Shown: piece after piece, positions 27,349-32,000 of the stretch
Layout of the letters: every line of letters begins with the position of its first letter
How positions within the stretch are numbered: the stretch's first letter is position 1
NCBI RefSeq assembly: GCF_000017845.1
Contig: NC_010546.1
Span: forward strand, 1,830,001 to 1,862,000
Source of the DNA: Crocosphaera subtropica ATCC 51142
Lineage (GTDB): Bacteria; Cyanobacteriota; Cyanobacteriia; Cyanobacteriales; Microcystaceae
Reading direction: 5' to 3'
DNA: 32,000 nt
Position numbers and translations under genes: made by a program
The notes under the pieces: model-generated
The model's database searches: none
Seen by the model: the letters and a program-made list of their open reading frames with translations, nothing else
What the model was told of the DNA's origin: nothing

Positions 27349-27537
27349 TTAATCCTCTAACTTTGCTTGTTTCCAAATACTGTTTAATGTCCCAATTGCA
27401 ACGTCATCCCCACAGTTTCCAGGGACAACAACAATCCCAGATTTAGTTGGATGTTTAAAAACTCGATGACTCCCTTTAATTCTTGCTTCATACCAACCAT
27501 CAGTTTTTAATCTTTTGATTACTTCACGAACTTTCAT
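27349..27537 (-). CDS. hicA: HicA-family mRNA interferase toxin
   Basis: 62 aa: KVREVIKRLKTDGWYEARIKGSHRVFKHPTKSGIVVVPGN...DVAIGTLNSIWKQA, the canonical HicA dsRBD-like toxin with the GSH motif. Confidence 0.9.
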   Translation of the reverse strand: MKVREVIKRLKTDGWYEARIKGSHRVFKHPTKSGIVVVPGNCGDDVAIGTLNSIWKQAKLED

Positions 27538-27881
27538 TGTTATTCGTTATTGTACATGAATCTCTTGATATCTATTCGATAATAATAATCTAGAACCAAA
27601 CTTCAAAAATTCTACTTTTATCATAATTTTCATTCTTTTACTCCGAGTTAGGATAAAAAACTAGAACAGATAAACTATGCAATCCTTACTACAGGAGACT
27701 AAAAAACTTGCAATCGAGACTAACAATAGTTACACTTCTTTAAATAAATTTCATTTTCTTGGCATAATGTAGGTTAGCTGACTTTTGGGTTGTGAGAGTT
27801 GTTTGACAGCGATCGCCTAACACAAGTCACATAACCTTAACATCCATAAGAAAAAAACGTCGAAGTAGACATATTCTCAAC

Positions 27882-27887
27882 AGGAGG
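27882..27887 (+). promoter_or_regulatory. Shine-Dalgarno sequence of psbB
   Basis: aggagg lies 10 nt upstream of the ATG at 27898. Confidence 0.5.
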
Positions 27888-27897
27888 AGCGTAGTCA

Positions 27898-29427
27898 ATG
27901 GGACTACCTTGGTATCGAGTTCACACAGTTGTTCTGAATGACCCAGGACGCTTAATTTCCGTCCATTTGATGCATACTGCCCTAGTAGCTGGTTGGGCAG
28001 GTTCTATGGCGCTTTATGAGTTAGCCATTTTTGATCCCAGTGATCCCGTTCTTAACCCCATGTGGCGACAAGGGATGTTCGTTCTTCCCTTCATGGCCCG
28101 TTTAGGGGTTACCGGATCTTGGGGTGGCTGGAGTGTCACCGGAGAAACCGGCGTTAACCCTGGTTTCTGGTCTTTTGAAGGTGTGGCTGCTGCTCACATC
28201 GTTTTATCGGGTCTATTATTCCTAGCTGCGGTTTGGCACTGGGTATTCTGGGACTTAGAGCTATTTATTGATGCTCGTACAGGGGAACCCGCCCTGGATC
28301 TTCCCAAAATGTTTGGGATTCACTTATTCTTATCTGGACTCCTCTGCTTCGGTTTTGGAGCCTTTCATTTAACTGGACTCTGGGGACCGGGAATGTGGGT
28401 ATCAGACCCTTACGGTTTGACGGGCCACGTGCAACCGGTAGCACCGGAATGGGGTCCGGCCGGCTTTAACCCGTTTAACCCTGGGGGTGTGGTGGCTCAC
28501 CACATTGCAGCCGGTATTGTGGGCATTATTGCTGGTCTGTTTCACTTAACGGTAAGACCACCAGAACGCCTCTACAAAGCACTGAGAATGGGTAACATCG
28601 AAACTGTGTTATCCAGTAGTATTGCTGCTGTCTTCTTTGCTGCTTTCGTGGTTGCTGGAACCATGTGGTACGGTAACGCCACAACCCCCATCGAACTCTT
28701 TGGACCAACTCGTTATCAGTGGGATAACGGTTATTTCCAACAAGAAATCGAGCGCCGGGTTGAATCAAATATCGCTGCTGGCGACAGTTTATCGGAAGCT
28801 TGGTCAAAAATTCCTGAAAAGCTCGCTTTCTACGATTATGTCGGTAATAGCCCCGCTAAAGGTGGTTTATTCCGTACTGGTGCTATGGATAGCGGTGACG
28901 GTATCGCTCAAGAATGGTTAGGACACCCTGTATTCAAGGACAAAGACGGTCGTGTTTTAACCGTTCGTCGGATGCCTAACTTCTTTGAAACTTTCCCCAT
29001 CGTCTTAACCGATGCTGATGGTATTGTTCGCGCGGATATTCCTTTCCGTCGGGCTGAATCTAAACTCAGTATTGAGCAAAGTGGTGTAACCGCTACTTTC
29101 TACGGTGGTGCGTTAGACGGTCAAACCTTCACCAATGCTGCTGACGTGAAGCAGTTTGCTCGTAAGGCGCAGTTAGGTGAACCCTTTACCTTTGACCGTG
29201 AAACCCTTGGTTCTGACGGTGTATTCCGTACCAGTCCCAGAGGTTGGTTTACCTTCGGACACGCAGTCTTTGCTCTGTTGTTCTTCTTCGGTCACATCTG
29301 GCATGGTTCTCGTACCTTGTACCGTGACGTATTTGCTGGTATTGATCCTGATCTTGAGGAACAAGTGGAATGGGGTCTATTTGCTAAGGTGGGTGACGTA
29401 ACAACCCGTACCAACCCCGAAGGCTAA
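27898..29427 (+). CDS. psbB: photosystem II CP47 chlorophyll apoprotein
   Basis: [43 protein letters not shown]... is essentially invariant CP47. It is 509 aa. Confidence 0.98.
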   Translation: MGLPWYRVHTVVLNDPGRLISVHLMHTALVAGWAGSMALYELAIFDPSDPVLNPMWRQGMFVLPFMARLGVTGSWGGWSVTGETGVNPGFWSFEGVAAAHIVLSGLLFLAAVWHWVFWDLELFIDARTGEPALDLPKMFGIHLFLSGLLCFGFGAFHLTGLWGPGMWVSDPYGLTGHVQPVAPEWGPAGFNPFNPGGVVAHHIAAGIVGIIAGLFHLTVRPPERLYKALRMGNIETVLSSSIAAVFFAAFVVAGTMWYGNATTPIELFGPTRYQWDNGYFQQEIERRVESNIAAGDSLSEAWSKIPEKLAFYDYVGNSPAKGGLFRTGAMDSGDGIAQEWLGHPVFKDKDGRVLTVRRMPNFFETFPIVLTDADGIVRADIPFRRAESKLSIEQSGVTATFYGGALDGQTFTNAADVKQFARKAQLGEPFTFDRETLGSDGVFRTSPRGWFTFGHAVFALLFFFGHIWHGSRTLYRDVFAGIDPDLEEQVEWGLFAKVGDVTTRTNPEG

Positions 29428-29464
29428 TTCTGTTTTTTGGGTAAACATCTTATCAATTAATTTC

Positions 29465-29504
29465 AGAGAGTCAAGGCGCATCTTTCCTTGACTCTCTCTT
29501 TTTG
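29465..29504 (+). terminator. rho-independent terminator of psbB
   Basis: Perfect 12-bp stem agagagtcaagg (29465-29476) / ccttgactctct (29486-29497) with a 9-nt loop, followed by ctttttg. Confidence 0.7.
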
Positions 29505-29620
29505 CGACTTTGTTAAAGTTTCGACAAATTTATGTAATACTTTGATAAAGTATGGTATAAATTTAGGTACATTTAAGTAAAAATATTTGATGTTCTTCAG
29601 GGCAATACCCTGGTAAAGTT

Positions 29621-29818
29621 ATGCAGTTAGGTCAAATTTTGCTTCAGAAAAAGTGGATTTCCTCTGAGCAACTCGAAGAAGTGATTCAACTCCAAATCTC
29701 TCAAAAGAATCGTTTAGGTGAATTATTACTCCAGAAAGGTTTAATTGTCAACAATCAACTAGAAGCAGCCCTGAAAGAACAATACTGGCGGAAAAACGGG
29801 TTTTGGGTGATTGATTAA
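29621..29818 (+). CDS. 65-aa stand-alone MshEN-like (T2SS-E N-terminal-type) protein, candidate c-di-GMP receptor
   Basis: Residues 31-54, RLGELLLQKGLIVNNQLEAALKEQ, fit RLGxx(L/V/I)(L/V/I)xxG(L/V/I)(L/V/I)xxxxLxxxLxxQ at every constrained position. Residues 2-25, QLGQILLQKKWISSEQLEEVIQLQ, are a degenerate first copy. The spacer between them is exactly 5 residues (ISQKN). Confidence 0.6.
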   Translation: MQLGQILLQKKWISSEQLEEVIQLQISQKNRLGELLLQKGLIVNNQLEAALKEQYWRKNGFWVID

Positions 29819-29983
29819 TTAACGTCCATTCGGGATAAGCTTAAAGGTTAATAAAATTGTTGTCGAAAACACCCATTATTTCGTTGCATATGCTCTAACT
29901 CCGTTGCGTAGCACGGCGTAGCCACACTCCGAACTCAGGTTAATTAATCATTTGAGACAAACAGAAATTAATAATTAAAGAAT

Positions 29984-30016
29984 AAAGCCCCTACCGTTGA
30001 TAGGGGCTTTTTATAT
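29984..30016. terminator. hairpin between convergent genes, probable bidirectional terminator (small MshEN-like gene / infB)
   Basis: Stem aaagccccta (29984-29993) pairs with taggggcttt (30001-30010) across a 7-nt loop. Both strands are T-rich after the stem. Confidence 0.6.
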
Positions 30017-30025
30017 TCTCAGTAT

Positions 30026-32000
30026 TTAACTGGATTTTCCGGCTAAGGTACGGCGTTTCATGACCAGTTCGTAGGCTTCGATGATATCGCCTTCTTCCCA
30101 ATCATTAAACTTATCCACACCAATACCACACTCGTAACCAGAGTTAACCTCTCGCACATCTTCTTTGACACGCTTCAGAGAATCCAAGGCCCCTTGATAG
30201 ACCACCTTGTCGCCTCTGTGGACACGAATTTGACGGTTACGGACGACTTTACCCGACTGTACATAACAACCAGCTACGGCACCACGACCCACGGTGAATA
30301 CAGCCCGAACTTCCGCTTGGCCTAGGGGAGATTCCACTTCTTCGGGTTCAAGTAACCCTTCCATCGCTCCCTCAATATCATCAAGAAGTTTATAGATAAT
30401 ATCGTATTCACGAATATCTACCCCTTCATGATCGGCTGCTGCCCTAGCACCACTGGCTAAGGTGGTATTAAAGCCAATAATTACCGCACCACTAGCGGCT
30501 GCTAGATCCACATCCGTTTCCGTTACTTCTCCTGGAGAAGCAAGAAGAACCCGTATTTGCACCTCATTTTGAGGTAACTGTTCTAACGCTCCTAAAATCG
30601 CTTCAACAGACCCTTGAACATCCGCTTTGAGGATGAGATTAAGTTCTTTTAACTCCCCTTCTTGCGCTTGAGCGGATAGGGTACTTAAAGTAACCCGACG
30701 GGAAGACATGGCCTGTTGCAGACGGGTTTGACGTTGATTTTCCGCATTATTCTCAGCAATGGTGCGAGCTTCTTTTTCACTGGGATAAACCTCAAATTCA
30801 TCCCCGGCAGCTGGCACACTATTTAAGCCCAAAATTTCTACGGCAAAAGAAGGAGAAGCTTCTTCTACTTTGTTACCTCGATCGTCGATCATGGCACGGA
30901 TTTTACCAAAGACAGAACCGGCTACGATGGCATCTCCCACCCGTAACGTCCCATTTTGCACCAGAAGGGTAGCAACGGGTCCTCTGGTGCGGTCTAAGTT
31001 GGCTTCTATGACCGTTCCTTTGGCTAAGCGATCGGGGTTGGCCACTAATTCTTCTACTTCTGAAACTAGGACGAGCATCTCTAATAATTCATCGAGATTT
31101 TCTCCTTTCAACGCACTCACCGGCACCATAATGGTTTCACCGCCCCATTCTTCGGGGACGAGACTGAGTTCGGAGAGTTCTTGTTTAATGCGATCGGGGT
31201 TGGCTTCTGGTTTATCAATTTTATTAATGGCCACCACAATGGGAACTTCTGCTGCTTGAGCGTGACTAATGGCTTCTCTGGTTTGCGGTTGTACCCCATC
31301 ATCGGCAGCTACCACTAGAATAGCCATATCCGTGACCCTAGCCCCTCTCGCTCGCATGGCGGTAAAGGCTTCGTGGCCTGGCGTATCTAAGAAGACAATT
31401 TGTTGAGTTTCTCCTTCATGGGTGATATCCACATGATAAGCCCCGATATGTTGGGTAATACCGCCTGCTTCTCCTTGAGCCACTTTGGTTTTACGAATGG
31501 AGTCGAGCAAGGTCGTTTTCCCGTGATCTACATGACCCATAATGGTAACCACAGGGGGACGACGTTGTAGATTTTCCAAGTCTTGCTCATCGAGCATTTC
31601 TGTATTCTTAGTGGCCGCTGATTTAGCTTCAGGAATTTCTACCTCAATATCAAAGGCTTCTGTGACCATTTTGGCCGTATCTTGGTCTAATGTTTCGGTG
31701 ATATTAACCGCAATGCCTTTGGAAAACAGATGTTTAATAATTTCGGTTTCAGCAATTTGCAAGTGTTCTGAGAGTTCCCTAACCGTTAAGTTTCTATCAA
31801 GAACAACTTTTTCAGGCTTCTGACGAGCTTCTGGCCGTTCTCGTCGCTCTGTGCGACTGCGATCGGGACTACTATCGGCGGTTTTGAGGGTTGGTTTTTT
31901 CGGTTTTTGGGCGTTTGTGTTAGGTTTGGTTTGAGATTTCGGTTTCGGGGGACGGGCTGTAGACAGACTTAAACTGAGAGAAACCGGATTAGCATTGAGT
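30026..32000 (-). CDS. infB: translation initiation factor IF-2, N-terminus beyond the window end
   Basis: G-domain motifs [20 protein letters not shown] and NKIDK, plus the C-terminal IF-2 domains. The track ORF starts at an internal Met (31762), but the frame stays open to base 32000 and encodes the usual basic/Pro-rich N-terminal region. Confidence 0.95.
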   Translation of the reverse strand, partial: LNANPVSLSLSLSTARPPKPKSQTKPNTNAQKPKKPTLKTADSSPDRSRTERRERPEARQKPEKVVLDRNLTVRELSEHLQIAETEIIKHLFSKGIAVNITETLDQDTAKMVTEAFDIEVEIPEAKSAATKNTEMLDEQDLENLQRRPPVVTIMGHVDHGKTTLLDSIRKTKVAQGEAGGITQHIGAYHVDITHEGETQQIVFLDTPGHEAFTAMRARGARVTDMAILVVAADDGVQPQTREAISHAQAAEVPIVVAINKIDKPEANPDRIKQELSELSLVPEEWGGETIMVPVSALKGENLDELLEMLVLVSEVEELVANPDRLAKGTVIEANLDRTRGPVATLLVQNGTLRVGDAIVAGSVFGKIRAMIDDRGNKVEEASPSFAVEILGLNSVPAAGDEFEVYPSEKEARTIAENNAENQRQTRLQQAMSSRRVTLSTLSAQAQEGELKELNLILKADVQGSVEAILGALEQLPQNEVQIRVLLASPGEVTETDVDLAAASGAVIIGFNTTLASGARAAADHEGVDIREYDIIYKLLDDIEGAMEGLLEPEEVESPLGQAEVRAVFTVGRGAVAGCYVQSGKVVRNRQIRVHRGDKVVYQGALDSLKRVKEDVREVNSGYECGIGVDKFNDWEEGDIIEAYELVMKRRTLAGKSS

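Noticed and set aside
28526-29401. Several 63-99-aa ORFs on both strands inside psbB (28526-28807, 28622-28921, 29173-29364, 29177-29401)
   Set aside because: All overlap the invariant CP47 reading frame and are alternative-frame artefacts. The ORFs inside infB (30870-31259, 31117-31302, 31542-31823), the kinase, the MscS, HAD and lpxA genes, and the antisense ORF at 21193-21396 across the lpxB copy 1 start are rejected for the same reason.
29812-29949. Segment bounded by TTAATTAA-containing ends with a GC-rich core (ccgttgcgtagcacggcgtagccacactccgaac), possibly a MITE or dispersed-repeat remnant
   Set aside because: TTAATTAA is self-palindromic and common in AT-rich DNA. There is no second copy in this window and no clear terminal inverted repeats or target-site duplication. 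A whole-genome repeat search would be needed.

Overview
This 32 kb window is cyanobacterial chromosome. That reading rests on psbB (CP47), an IctB-type gene, 16 HIP1 octamers (GCGATCGC) and an AT-rich background resembling unicellular Cyanothece/Crocosphaera-type genomes; the taxon is inference only. I saw no rRNA, tRNA or CRISPR array. All family calls come from reading motifs in the supplied translations, with no database search.

The housekeeping backbone is:
- a partial OmpR-type response regulator;
- the grxD-bolA pair;
- ligA, metK, ictB and lpxA-lpxB;
- a DHNA-CoA thioesterase;
- psbB and a partial infB.

Several accessory or unusual pieces are interleaved with it:
1. There is a head-to-tail, indel-free duplication of the whole lpxB CDS (offset exactly 1410 nt). 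Its identity is mosaic. A frameshifted relic of the lpxA 3' end precedes copy 2, and an Rpn/DUF2887-type nuclease gene follows it.
2. An AT-rich, tightly packed hicA-hicB-methyltransferase-endonuclease array ends 3 nt from the thioesterase start codon.
3. A very AT-rich cassette of four small ORFs lies between metK and ictB. Only a BrnA/DUF4415-like protein is recognisable, and no BrnT toxin is present.
4. A 65-aa protein consists of two MshEN-type 24-residue motifs with a 5-residue spacer, making it a candidate c-di-GMP receptor.
5. A BlaI repressor is paired with a sensor-less M56 BlaR1-like protease.
6. A 1802-aa protein combines Ser/Thr kinase, P-loop NTPase, TPR-like, GAF and histidine kinase modules.
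7. Two MscS paralogs sit in tandem.

The lpxB duplication locus and the uncharacterised four-gene cassette are my best candidates for something undescribed. I cannot show that either is a functional system.
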